A stretch of 63,430 nucleotides of DNA, counting the filler, from Barthelona sp. PAP020 (lineage: Eukaryota), in assembly GCA_040182905.1 (NCBI GenBank). It is 7 parts of 7 records of this genome, joined end to end, with 100 filler letters (N's around TTAATTAATTAA, not from the genome) between each part and the next. Parts side by side here need not be neighbours in the genome. Positions count along the whole stretch, not along the records: positions 27,402 to 36,365 come from JARQWU010000436.1; positions 36,466 to 45,411 come from JARQWU010000437.1; 5 more parts are not named here. One strand, given 5' to 3'. Both the position numbers and the translations under genes were made by a program. This document shows, in pieces, positions 33,256 to 43,154 of the stretch. The notes under the pieces are model-generated. The model did no database searches, had not been told where the DNA came from, and was given only the letters and a program-made list of their open reading frames with translations. Positions within the stretch are counted from its first letter, which is position 1. Each line of letters starts with the position of its first letter.

Positions 33256-35415
33256 TTGCCTATGTTCACCTTTGAAGAAAATGAAGGATTAAAAGAACTA
33301 GAAAAATGTGCAAAGAAACGCAGAACAATTGTTGAAGAACCAGACAAAGATGCTTTTGAAAAATTGGATAATTTTGTGAAATCGAATGCCGTCAATATAC
33401 CTGGAAATGAGTTTGAAATGGAAAATATCATTGCTACTGGAAGTGGTAGTTATCTACATCTTGCCAAAAGACTTGGAAAGCCTGTAATAATTAAGTTCTT
33501 CACGAGAAAGATTGAAAAAGATGAACTTGATCGAGAATGTTTTGCAATGGTGTTGGATCATTCATTTATTCGACAAGTCTTTGGAGTTACTGAAATTGAC
33601 GGGAATAAAGGTGTTGTTATGGAATATTGTGATTCTGTTCTTGAAGATATGATATCAGAGTTGTCTTTGAAGGAGAAATTGGTTATTATGATGCAAGTTT
33701 CATCTGCGCTTGAGTTTTGTCATGGAAAAGGTGTTGTGCACAGGGATTTGAAGCCAAATAATGTGTTGTTGAGACGTGGAGTTGATGGGATATATACACC
33801 TGCAATTGCAGATTTTGGGCTTGTTCGCGATACTAGCAGGAGTTCTGCTAATTCGATGATGGGAGCGGCAAGATATGCTGCTCCTGAGTTGATCAATGAA
33901 AAGGATAACATTATTGGAACGTCTATTGACGCCTGGTCATTTGGTGTTATGCTGGCTCAGGTAGTTTCTGGTTTTATTCCTTTTGAGGGGTTGAATGAGT
34001 TGAAAGTCGTTTTTAAATTGGGTAAAGGTCAACTTCCGTATGCTGAGAAATTGTTGGATACAATCCCTGGGTTTGGAATCATCAAGAGGTGTTTGACTGT
34101 TGAGGCTGTTGAAAGACCTACATTTAGTGAGATCACTGAGTATTTGCAGATGCTGATTGAGCGTTTTGAGGGGTTGGGATTCGACGAGAAGAGGTTGGTG
34201 AAGAGAGTTGCGACTTTGGAAGAGGAGAACAGGATTTATGAGGGAAGGGTTCAGAGTTTGACAAGAAAAGTTGATGAGTTGAGAGCTAAAGAAGATGAAT
34301 GGATGAATAAAAACCAAGAATTGACAGATCAAGTCGATCATTTGACAAACCAATTGAATGACCTTATGAACAACAGTAATGGACAACAACATGTTAAAAA
34401 TACTAAGCAAGTTGTTTCAACTCATTTAGCGAACCAATTGAATGAGCTTTTGGAAAATAAGAACAAAGAACAATACAGTGAAAATAGAAAGCAAATTGTT
34501 CATGCAGTGGAAAGATTTGAGGAAAGGCCTGTATTTACCGAAGAGTTACCTGATAGTGAGGTTCATGCCCTTGATTACAGCTCTGATGGACGGTTTTTTG
34601 CAGTTGCAGTAAATTGCAACAAGTTACTCAAAGTCTACAACGCCGAAACACATGAAATTGTGCATGAAGGGGAGTATGTACAGGCTTTTGGGCTCAATTT
34701 CAGTCCAAACTCTAAATTTTTGGCTGTTGGTGGTGATGGTCCAGCAATTCATATCCTTGAGGTTGATACTTGGAGAACAGTCAGGGTGATTAGTGATATG
34801 GCAAATGATGTAAGGCGGGTTTGGTTCTCACCAGATAGTAGATTGCTTTCTTTTGGTATGCGGAATGGTTACATTGCCATATACACAATCGAAGGACAGA
34901 AGTTGTATGAATTTCGAGCCCATGAAGATTGGGTTTGGTCTGTATGCATTAGCCCCAATATGAAGTACTTTGCTTCTGTCAGCCATGATGAATGTTCAAA
35001 GTTGCTTTCATTGGAGACGTATGAAGAGCTTCACATGTGGAGGCATGATGGAGACAGGGTGATATCAGGCAACTTCTCTACCGACAGTACATATTGGGCA
35101 ACATGTGATCAAATTGGCACAGTCAGGATATTTGATATTGAATCTAGAGAGTTGTTGGGAAAGTACAAGGTTCATGATGGTCCCATATACTCAATCATCT
35201 TCTCTCAAGATGGTTCATTGATCTATTCTGGTTCTTTTGACAAATCGTTTGTTGTGATTCGAAGAGAAACAGGTCAAGTATTGCAGAAAGTGTGTGTGCT
35301 TTTTCATATTTATACTATGACCCTCAAACATGATGAAACGCGTATGTTGTGCAGTGGTAGTTTTTGTAATGGTAATCAAGTTCCAATCCATGAATTCATT
35401 GCCTCATGCTTTTAA
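33256..35415 (+). CDS. Protein kinase (TKL-like) - coiled coil - WD40 fusion; 5' end uncertain
   Basis: HRDLKPNN, DFG, YAAPE, DAWSFG. WD repeats AHEDWVWSV and VHDGPIYSI. First ATG is 33262, but the frame is open from 33142. Confidence 0.9.
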   Translation: MPMFTFEENEGLKELEKCAKKRRTIVEEPDKDAFEKLDNFVKSNAVNIPGNEFEMENIIATGSGSYLHLAKRLGKPVIIKFFTRKIEKDELDRECFAMVLDHSFIRQVFGVTEIDGNKGVVMEYCDSVLEDMISELSLKEKLVIMMQVSSALEFCHGKGVVHRDLKPNNVLLRRGVDGIYTPAIADFGLVRDTSRSSANSMMGAARYAAPELINEKDNIIGTSIDAWSFGVMLAQVVSGFIPFEGLNELKVVFKLGKGQLPYAEKLLDTIPGFGIIKRCLTVEAVERPTFSEITEYLQMLIERFEGLGFDEKRLVKRVATLEEENRIYEGRVQSLTRKVDELRAKEDEWMNKNQELTDQVDHLTNQLNDLMNNSNGQQHVKNTKQVVSTHLANQLNELLENKNKEQYSENRKQIVHAVERFEERPVFTEELPDSEVHALDYSSDGRFFAVAVNCNKLLKVYNAETHEIVHEGEYVQAFGLNFSPNSKFLAVGGDGPAIHILEVDTWRTVRVISDMANDVRRVWFSPDSRLLSFGMRNGYIAIYTIEGQKLYEFRAHEDWVWSVCISPNMKYFASVSHDECSKLLSLETYEELHMWRHDGDRVISGNFSTDSTYWATCDQIGTVRIFDIESRELLGKYKVHDGPIYSIIFSQDGSLIYSGSFDKSFVVIRRETGQVLQKVCVLFHIYTMTLKHDETRMLCSGSFCNGNQVPIHEFIASCF

Positions 35416-36365
35416 AACTGCATATGTTAATTTTCATTTATATCCCGTAATTTCATGTTTTACCTCGCTGATCTGGTTTTCCAATTTGTAAATTTAACCC
35501 ATTTTCATTTTCATGCTGTTCTTCAATCAAACGAGGCATTTCACACCTATACCAACATCAACCACCAAATTGATGAAACCAATACAATTGAACGATCTAG
35601 AAATTCAAGGTTGACAGCTTCTTTCATCTTCTTTTTTTTTGATCTGTGCTTCGCCATTTGGACAACAGAGTTTGTGTTTATCAATTCACGCAGTTGACCA
35701 TATTGAGGGTGATCGACTGCAAAATCAGTTCGAATACTGAACGGTAAAGGGTGATAGTCCCGTATATGGCGGTTGTGATACCCATCACGTGGTGAAATCC
35801 GAACGCGTAGGCGTAGCGTGTCAAACTCATCCCAAGCAATTGATTCAACGACTCATTCATCAACAATGTTAAGTCCCCAAAACATTGTGTTTTCAATTGA
35901 ACATTGCACTTTGCGTCCCGAACTAATGATTTTCAATCTTCAGCTCACCTGTGTGTTTGCTGTTTTCGTGCTTTAAAGAAAAGTTTGAGATTCCTAAAAT
36001 TGAAAAACTTTTTATAAATCCAACTGCGAAAACATTAAACTATTTCTTTGGTTTGGTTCACTTTATTTAAGTTTCGGAGAAAAGAAAAGGAGAAATCTTG
36101 TCGTTGAATTGTTTGTGAAATTTACCTTTGAGAAGGAAATAAACGAGAAAAACTCAATACTAACAGGTAATTTAAAAATTATGGAGATCTTTATTATTAG
36201 TCCTGTTGGGAAAACTATGTTTATTTGCAAAGAAAAAGCATCCAAAGAAAACTCATTCTGGCAAGTTTCAGTCAAAATCCCAGGAGGGGAATTGAGGGAC
36301 TGAAATGTAATTGGAACGATCAAGTAGGAGAATTTTGGAGAAATTCTTCATTCCTATTTTTTTTG

Positions 36366-36465
36366 NNNNNNNNNNNNNNNNNNNNNNNNNNNNNNNNNNN
36401 NNNNNNNNNTTAATTAATTAANNNNNNNNNNNNNNNNNNNNNNNNNNNNNNNNNNNNNNNNNNNN
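36366..36465. other. Artificial contig linker
   Basis: N44-TTAATTAATTAA-N44. Confidence 0.99.
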
Positions 36466-36661
36466 CATATTTATGTGCAACTTGAGACCAACCTCCTGGA
36501 GCTGCACATAAATCAACAATAACTCGGGATTTCTCCAAAAAATGAAATTTGTCATTCAATTGTTGCAACTTAAAGGCAGCACGAGATGCATACCCTTGCT
36601 CTTTCGCCATGAAATAATACTTATCACGACGATGTTTTCCTATTTTAACGTGCCGACCCAT
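36466..36661 (-). CDS. SPB1: rRNA 2'-O-methyltransferase Spb1/FTSJ3, N-terminus (3'-truncated)
   Basis: [36 protein letters not shown]...[14 protein letters not shown]. The true start is 36661, not 36919. Confidence 0.92.
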
Positions 36662-36821
36662 CAGATAATATTGGAGAAAAATACTTTGTGAAACAATTTT
36701 TGTTAATTTTTTTTCCTCACAAAATAATCTTTGAATAAACAACACAATCAAGATAATAAATTTACAAATTAAAAATAATTGGAAAAAAAATTGGACCAAA
36801 ATAATTTTTTGATAAGTTTGA

Positions 36822-37031
36822 ATGGATAATTCCAAAAAGGAGCCAAATTTAGTTTCAAATGGGGAAACCAATGAATCAAATAATGAACAGAATATTATTT
36901 CAAATGAAGTTATGTCCAAATTAAATGTTCAATCTTCCTTTGCTAAAGTCCCATATGTAGATGATGAATTTTTAACAGACACATCAGATTCATCAACTTC
37001 AGAACTTGATACATCTGATTTTGACCTTTGA
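36822..37031 (+). CDS. Possible small acidic protein (69 aa), divergent from SPB1
   Basis: ATG-initiated, with coding-like composition (MDNSKKEP...ELDTSDFDL). No homology recognised. Confidence 0.4.
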   Translation: MDNSKKEPNLVSNGETNESNNEQNIISNEVMSKLNVQSSFAKVPYVDDEFLTDTSDSSTSELDTSDFDL

Positions 37032-37700
37032 GACAAATAGAAAAATGATTTTTACGTTTTGAAGTTTGTTCCTTGATTTACTTCTTAAGGTTAACATGTG
37101 GATCCTTTTTTTAATCATTTTTTCTTTTAATGACAACAAATTCTGAAAACTGGGGTGTTTTTCCTTTTTAATATTTTTCATTTGGCAAAGCCACATTAAA
37201 AATAAAGTGGTGAAAAAAACCTTTGAAAACTTTTGCTTTTTAAAATGTTCTTTTGCGAGTGTTATCAACACAATTTCTGTTTTCTAGTTTAAACATATGA
37301 TCATAAAATGCTTCAATCAAAGTGTTTTTTTTTTCACTTCTGGAACACCAGTGTTTCAAATATTGTCATTGAAACTTTTCTAACTGCTGTGATTTCCGAA
37401 GATGCAACATATTTTAAGGAATGAAATTTTTCATCAATTTTTGCTTGACTAAAAGTCTTCCAGACATCTTTAAACATATATAAAATAATCTTTTGGAGTA
37501 AATATAATGCTAACATCTTTTACTTTCTCAAAAATACTTCCAAAACTTGTATTTCATCAAAACCTGTTTTTTGAATTGTTGATTAGTTAATATTTGGAAA
37601 TGCACTAAATGATTCTATTTTGAATCGATCAACAGAGAGTTGAGGCGATTCTTCTTGAAATATCAAAGAGAATTTTTCATTTTTTATTTTCTATTTATTC

Positions 37701-38372
37701 ATGGAAGATATTAATTTGGCGTTAGTTGGAGAAGGATTAACCGAAATAGCTTCGGATTTATGTCGATCCACAACTGGTAGAGTAAAAACTCTAGATTTAA
37801 CCCATAATTTAATAGTTGAAATATCTAACTTGTCCCAATTTCCATATTTAACAAGTTTAATTTTAAATTCAAACAAAATAAATGGCTCTGGCAATTTTGG
37901 ATATTGTGAATCGCTATCCACATTGATGCTTATGGACAATGAAATTGGTGGTGAACATTTTGAATCATTCATCAACAGTATTCAACAGAATTTCCCATCT
38001 TTATCATATTTGTCTTTGATCAAAAATCCTTGTTGTCCAGCCCTTTTCACTCCATCTGATGCAGAAGAAGGTGCAAGATATCATAAATATAGAATGTATA
38101 TTATCAGTAGATTACCAAATTTACAGTTTTTGGATTCAAGTCCTGTAACACCAAAAGAAAGACAACAAGCCAGAACCAAAGGTCCATTAATTAAGGTTGA
38201 AATGATTATTGGAACCTCTCAAAGGTCAAATCAAGAAGTTAAATCCAATCTTCCCACAATTGAAAATACAAAACCCAAATTAGAAAGTCAAACTAAATTT
38301 GGACGGTTCCGATATGATTATGTTGGTAAAGATTCAGAAGGAAATAGATACATTGTAAATGACATGCTTTAA
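37701..38372 (+). CDS. LRMDA: Leucine-rich repeat protein, LRMDA/C10orf11 family
   Basis: LRRs plus LRRcap (YRMYIISRLPNLQFLDSSPVT). C-terminal YVGKDSEGNRYIVNDML matches the family tail. Confidence 0.8.
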   Translation: MEDINLALVGEGLTEIASDLCRSTTGRVKTLDLTHNLIVEISNLSQFPYLTSLILNSNKINGSGNFGYCESLSTLMLMDNEIGGEHFESFINSIQQNFPSLSYLSLIKNPCCPALFTPSDAEEGARYHKYRMYIISRLPNLQFLDSSPVTPKERQQARTKGPLIKVEMIIGTSQRSNQEVKSNLPTIENTKPKLESQTKFGRFRYDYVGKDSEGNRYIVNDML

Positions 38373-38424
38373 TTTTTTTTTGAAAATTTTCATTTTTGTT
38401 GGAAAATTTTTTTAACTTTTTTTT

Positions 38425-38662
38425 TTGGTTTATTGAGATCATTTTGAAGTATACTTTAATTTTCATATTGCTTTAGGAAAAGTCCCCGCGGTTATGGCTG
38501 AAAGAGTCAGATTTAAGATTGTTAAAGAATTGTTATCAGTTCAAGAGATGGTTTTTCCTGATTTATGCTTTTAATTAATTCTTTGTTGCCGATATCAAAG
38601 TTATTTGATCTTGTTGCAAAATTTTTTGCAATAATACACAACGGGGCTCACAATTTACCAAA
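38425..38662 (+). ncRNA. RMRP: RNase MRP RNA
   Basis: CR-I GGAAAAGTCCCCG (38476-38488) pairs with CR-V ACACAACGGGGCTCA (38636-38650) to form P4. P8 hairpin GGCT-GAAAG-AGTC has a GARAR loop. P2 AGATCA/TGATCT, P19 TTGCAAAA/TTTTGCAA, P1 TTGGT..ATTG/CAAT..ACCAA. Confidence 0.9.
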
Positions 38663-38754
38663 AAAAAAAATTCTTTTTCAATCATAATATATTTAAATAA
38701 ATATCTGAGCTATTTGGACTTTTTAAGGAAAATTTTCTCAAACAATATTTTTTT

Positions 38755-39957
38755 ATGACTTTCGATGGGTTTGATGTACTCAAATCATTTGGATGGAATG
38801 TAGGAACAGGTTTAGGTGAACAATATGAAGGAATAATTGATCCTATTGCTGTAAAAACCACTCGAAAAGATGAAGGGCTTTGTTCATCATTGTTTGCCAA
38901 AAATAAAAGCGAAGATCACTACAATTTCATCGATAAAAGATACAATGAAAATGATGATGATGATGAAGAAATAGAATATGTGAATAAAAATGGGGTTGAA
39001 AAAACCTCCGCCAAAGAGTTGAATGAGTTTCCTGCATTAAAAAGATTGTGTTTACCAATCATAAATAATATTGAAGAAAAGAAAAGGAAGTTAGAAGAAT
39101 TAGAAAACAATTTACAGACAAAAAAGGAAGAATTTTCCATTCTAATGGAAAAATATTTCAAAGTTAATAATTCCATTGAAGATCATGATGAATTAATACA
39201 TTCGATAAGATCTGAAATTGATTCTACAAAGAATATATCAGAACAGTTTGAAAAGTTGAAGTTATTATTGTCTATAAATGATGATTTCAATCATTTTGAA
39301 GAAATTATTGATTCTGTTAGAAAAATTAAAGAAGAAAGCAAAGATACATTTAATATTTTGATAGAAAAGATTTTTGATGAGATTTTTTATGAACTTTTTG
39401 CAAAAACTTTTCAAAAGTTTCCTTTTAATGATGAAAATACAAAAGAATTGATTCTTTTTTTAAATTTTTTTCACGACATTTCTTTTACCGAGCCACTTTT
39501 AATTCGAACAATATTACCATTGATTGATACATATATTAGAGAAGTTTGGGATGCAAACGATCATATTTTACTGGGTTGGATAGTTCAAAAAGAAATTCCT
39601 TTAAGTTTTAAGCAAAGAGTTATCATTTCTTTGGGTAATAAGTTGAAGAGAAATAATTTGCAGAGTTTAAAAGATCATATTCGTCAATTACAGCATTGGT
39701 GGAAGCTGGCTGATAATTCAACACAGCAAATTTTGACAAATATGCTCGACAATGATTTGATCAGCATTTTAAAAAATCCTTCATTAAATAATTTCCCTTG
39801 TAATGTGAATTTTATTGGCACAGACTCGATTGGCCATAAATTATACCAAGCAAAAGACAAAATATTTTACTTTGAAGAGGAAATTATTTACCTTAAAATG
39901 GGTAATATGAGTCATAAGGTAAGTTTCGAAAAATTGATAAATTTGTTGTCATTATAA
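38755..39957 (+). CDS. G-patch spliceosome disassembly factor, TFIP11/Spp382-like (reduced)
   Basis: N-terminal G-patch LKSFGWNVGTGLGEQYEGIIDPI, a coiled coil, and a C-terminal LYQAKDKIFYFEEEIIY...VSFEKLINL resembling the TFIP11 tail. Confidence 0.7.
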   Translation: MTFDGFDVLKSFGWNVGTGLGEQYEGIIDPIAVKTTRKDEGLCSSLFAKNKSEDHYNFIDKRYNENDDDDEEIEYVNKNGVEKTSAKELNEFPALKRLCLPIINNIEEKKRKLEELENNLQTKKEEFSILMEKYFKVNNSIEDHDELIHSIRSEIDSTKNISEQFEKLKLLLSINDDFNHFEEIIDSVRKIKEESKDTFNILIEKIFDEIFYELFAKTFQKFPFNDENTKELILFLNFFHDISFTEPLLIRTILPLIDTYIREVWDANDHILLGWIVQKEIPLSFKQRVIISLGNKLKRNNLQSLKDHIRQLQHWWKLADNSTQQILTNMLDNDLISILKNPSLNNFPCNVNFIGTDSIGHKLYQAKDKIFYFEEEIIYLKMGNMSHKVSFEKLINLLSL

Positions 39958-40148
39958 TTCTCAACTTGACTTTTTTTTTTCCGTTTGTGTAAAACAAATC
40001 TTGCAATGGGGCATCCAAATGAAAAAGAAAAAAATCTACTGTAAATTTTACTGTATTTTTTTTTGTAAAAAATAAATCTATTACCAACAATCTGTTAAAA
40101 ATATGTGATGTCAATATTTCACAAGTAAATCTTAATTCTTTATGAGAA

Positions 40149-42551
40149 ATGAAATTGGACTATTTGGAGTACGGTTTAAAAAACCGGGATTTAAGTCGCT
40201 ATTCTGGTTTTAAATTATTTGTACATCGAGTTGAAGATTCAATAAATGATCATGACCGTCAAGTGAATCTCGATGCTGAAAAATTCAAATTGCAAAAGAA
40301 AATTTATAATAGCATACAAACCAAAAAAAGATTAAAAAGTTATGAGTTGAGAAAAAATCTATTGAAAATAGTTTATTTCCATTTAATACATGAACCGTTT
40401 GATCATGAATTTCAAACTGTTAGAGATTTAATAGGAACCAAAAAACGACACAATGTTTTGTTTGTTTTAACTTACATAACTGTTTTTTCTTCTTCACAAT
40501 ATTATGATTATGTAACACTTATTACACAATTTATTACTGATAATTTAAAGTCTTTGGATGATTTGATATTAAGAAAGACTATTCAGGCTATTTCCACATT
40601 GAATAATGAAACTTTATTTGATATTGTTGTTGAAACTATTGTTGAGTTGAGTAATTCTTACAATCCAACAATATCTTCCACATCCATAAATTTATTAATT
40701 CAAATGTTGAAAATCAAACCTGATTTGTTGGAAATTAGTGATATTTTTGCGATGACACATGATTTGATTGAAACTAATTTCATGAATAATTGTTTCAGTT
40801 GTATTAAAATTTTTCATTTCATTTTTAATTATAAAAATCCAAAAAATTATCATATAACCTACATGTTAAATTACACAACCACTATAGTTGAGCGATTATT
40901 AAGTAAATCTATTCCTTCTGAATATTTATTGTATGAATTACCACATCCTTTTCTTTTATGCTATTGTTTAGATTTTATTGTTAATTTAATAACGCTTAAT
41001 GAACAAAATGTCATTGAACTTGAAGACTATAATCGTATTCTTATTATTTTACGAAATTTGATCATTGATCGAAGTTATTGGAGAGGTAATTCTTCACCTC
41101 ATCGGTTGAGATTAGCTAATGCAATTTTAATCAGTGGTTTGAAAGTATTAATGCATGTTCCCTTTTATTTATTGGATAAATCAATCATTTTGCACTCTAC
41201 TTCTTTAATTTCTGGATTTTTACACCCCTCATGTTCAAATGCTGCTCATTATGTTGGTTTGGATGTCACCAAGGAGTTCTGTTTGTGGCTCGATCAGCTG
41301 ATTGTCTCAAATAACCTTGGTAATATTCAAAACATAGAAAACTTAAAAAATACAACGACAGTTAAAGCGACTTTGGAACGTATTGGGGAATTAACTCTGA
41401 AAGAAATGGTAAATAGCGATATATCAATTGCTTCAAGGGCTTTAACGTGTTATTTAGCATTTTGTCAATTAATACATGGAAAGAATAGTGTAGAAAAGAT
41501 TTTATATCTGTATGAGAAGTTGAACCCTCAATTATACGTGAAAGTAACGATGGGAATCAATATTTTGATCAAACGATACAGTCCAAATGCTACCTGGGAT
41601 TTTGTTATGACATTAGAAGCGTTGAAAAGGTTATCTTTTGAGCAACATGTGGAAAGTTTATCATTCTTTCAAGAGTTGATTGAGTATGTCAAAAAATATC
41701 AAGAAACTCAAAGATTAGCTGTGACAAAATGTTTGGAAATATTAAGGTCTTTGAAGAATTTTGGAGATGATCAGTCAAGGATTGGTTTGCATTCATTTTG
41801 TTTGACGATTTTGGGTGAATTTGGGTGTTTGTCAATGAATATTGATGATTTGCTTATCAACAAGGAAGAACAAGAAATCACTGAAGATAAGGCTATGGTA
41901 ACCAGTTCAGAGACTGATTTTGATGAATTGATAAAGTTTTTCATCATTGCCTTAAAAAGTAAGGTGTATGAATATCAAATGAGTGGATTAATTGGAATCA
42001 CAAAGCTGTTTGCATATATGACGGATTCTCAATATTCTAAAAGTTTTGAGCATGTTTCAAATGTATTGAAACTTTTGTCCACTGTTTCAGATTTAAATTT
42101 ACAATTGCTTGCTTCTGAGACATTTCAAACGTTGCTTTTAATGAGAGATTTAAAATTTAGAAAGTCTCTTCAACATGGCATTTGTGTGGATGAGAATTCA
42201 AACTCTTTATTTATTGATTCTTTCAAATTGGCAGTTGTTATACCAAAAGCTCCACCAATTACACCTTTATTGGAATTTGGAACAAATATCAGATGGAAAA
42301 ACAGCAAGAAATTTGAAAATATTGTTTTATCTCCAAAATCTGCCGATGAATTTGTTAAATCACCATCTTTAATGACAAATGAAGCAGCAGGACTTGGTAT
42401 TTTGGATGAAGTATTGGAATCTCAACGGACGACAGATAACTTAGGATTTGATGAATCTAATGATTCAGCAAAAAAGAATGATTCCAATGATTTGCTGAAA
42501 ACACCTCTATTTGTGGAAAAACAAACAAACAATTTATTGGATTGGTTGTAG
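40149..42551 (+). CDS. Divergent adaptin large subunit (AP-2 alpha-like trunk)
   Basis: YELPHPFL, NAAHYVGLD, DISIASRALTCYLAFC and RYSPNATWDF parallel alpha-adaptin trunk motifs. No ear domain visible. Confidence 0.65.
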   Translation: MKLDYLEYGLKNRDLSRYSGFKLFVHRVEDSINDHDRQVNLDAEKFKLQKKIYNSIQTKKRLKSYELRKNLLKIVYFHLIHEPFDHEFQTVRDLIGTKKRHNVLFVLTYITVFSSSQYYDYVTLITQFITDNLKSLDDLILRKTIQAISTLNNETLFDIVVETIVELSNSYNPTISSTSINLLIQMLKIKPDLLEISDIFAMTHDLIETNFMNNCFSCIKIFHFIFNYKNPKNYHITYMLNYTTTIVERLLSKSIPSEYLLYELPHPFLLCYCLDFIVNLITLNEQNVIELEDYNRILIILRNLIIDRSYWRGNSSPHRLRLANAILISGLKVLMHVPFYLLDKSIILHSTSLISGFLHPSCSNAAHYVGLDVTKEFCLWLDQLIVSNNLGNIQNIENLKNTTTVKATLERIGELTLKEMVNSDISIASRALTCYLAFCQLIHGKNSVEKILYLYEKLNPQLYVKVTMGINILIKRYSPNATWDFVMTLEALKRLSFEQHVESLSFFQELIEYVKKYQETQRLAVTKCLEILRSLKNFGDDQSRIGLHSFCLTILGEFGCLSMNIDDLLINKEEQEITEDKAMVTSSETDFDELIKFFIIALKSKVYEYQMSGLIGITKLFAYMTDSQYSKSFEHVSNVLKLLSTVSDLNLQLLASETFQTLLLMRDLKFRKSLQHGICVDENSNSLFIDSFKLAVVIPKAPPITPLLEFGTNIRWKNSKKFENIVLSPKSADEFVKSPSLMTNEAAGLGILDEVLESQRTTDNLGFDESNDSAKKNDSNDLLKTPLFVEKQTNNLLDWL

Positions 42552-43154
42552 TTTTTTATTTTTGAAATTGTGTCCAATCAATTGATTGAGTTGATACATT
42601 GTTTCAAAGTATATCTGCCTTTAGTTTTATAAATTGTATGCCAAGCGTTGGAGGAAAGTTTTTTTTTTTCAAACAGTGCTTTTTGTTGCCTGATCTGAAA
42701 CCAAAACAATTATAAGGGTTAAAGAAAAGCTGAGCTCTCAAATGTTAAAATTTGCCCAAATTGTGAAACAATTGCATTTGCAGAGAAGATAAACTCAGAA
42801 AGCTCATTCAGGCAAATTTCAAGTAAAACATTTTGGTGGGGAAATTGAAGAACTGAAATTTAATTTTGACAATCAAAGCAATCATAGATAGCAGGACAGT
42901 AATTTTCACACAAGGGTTTATGTACTGAAGAGAAACAAAATTCCCTTCAAAAGTTCACTGCTTGATTATCAAAAACAAAATTGAAGGGTTTATAAAATGT
43001 TGGTTTCACTTTGACCCAAACACTACAAATTTAAAATATGAAAGGAAAGTTGTGATATAGAGTTGTGTATTTTCAAGTATCATTGTTGTGTGATAAATAA
43101 TCAATGCAAAAGTGTTTTATGAATTCAAGTTTGTAAAAGAGGAAAAGGATTGGA

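Noticed and set aside
35741..35800. LSU rRNA-like words (AGGGTGATAGTCCCGTA)
   Set aside because: The match is short and the flanks do not continue as rRNA.
36662..36919. 86-aa hydrophobic extension on SPB1
   Set aside because: The conserved Spb1 N-terminus begins at 36661; the upstream part is T-rich intergenic sequence that happens to be open.
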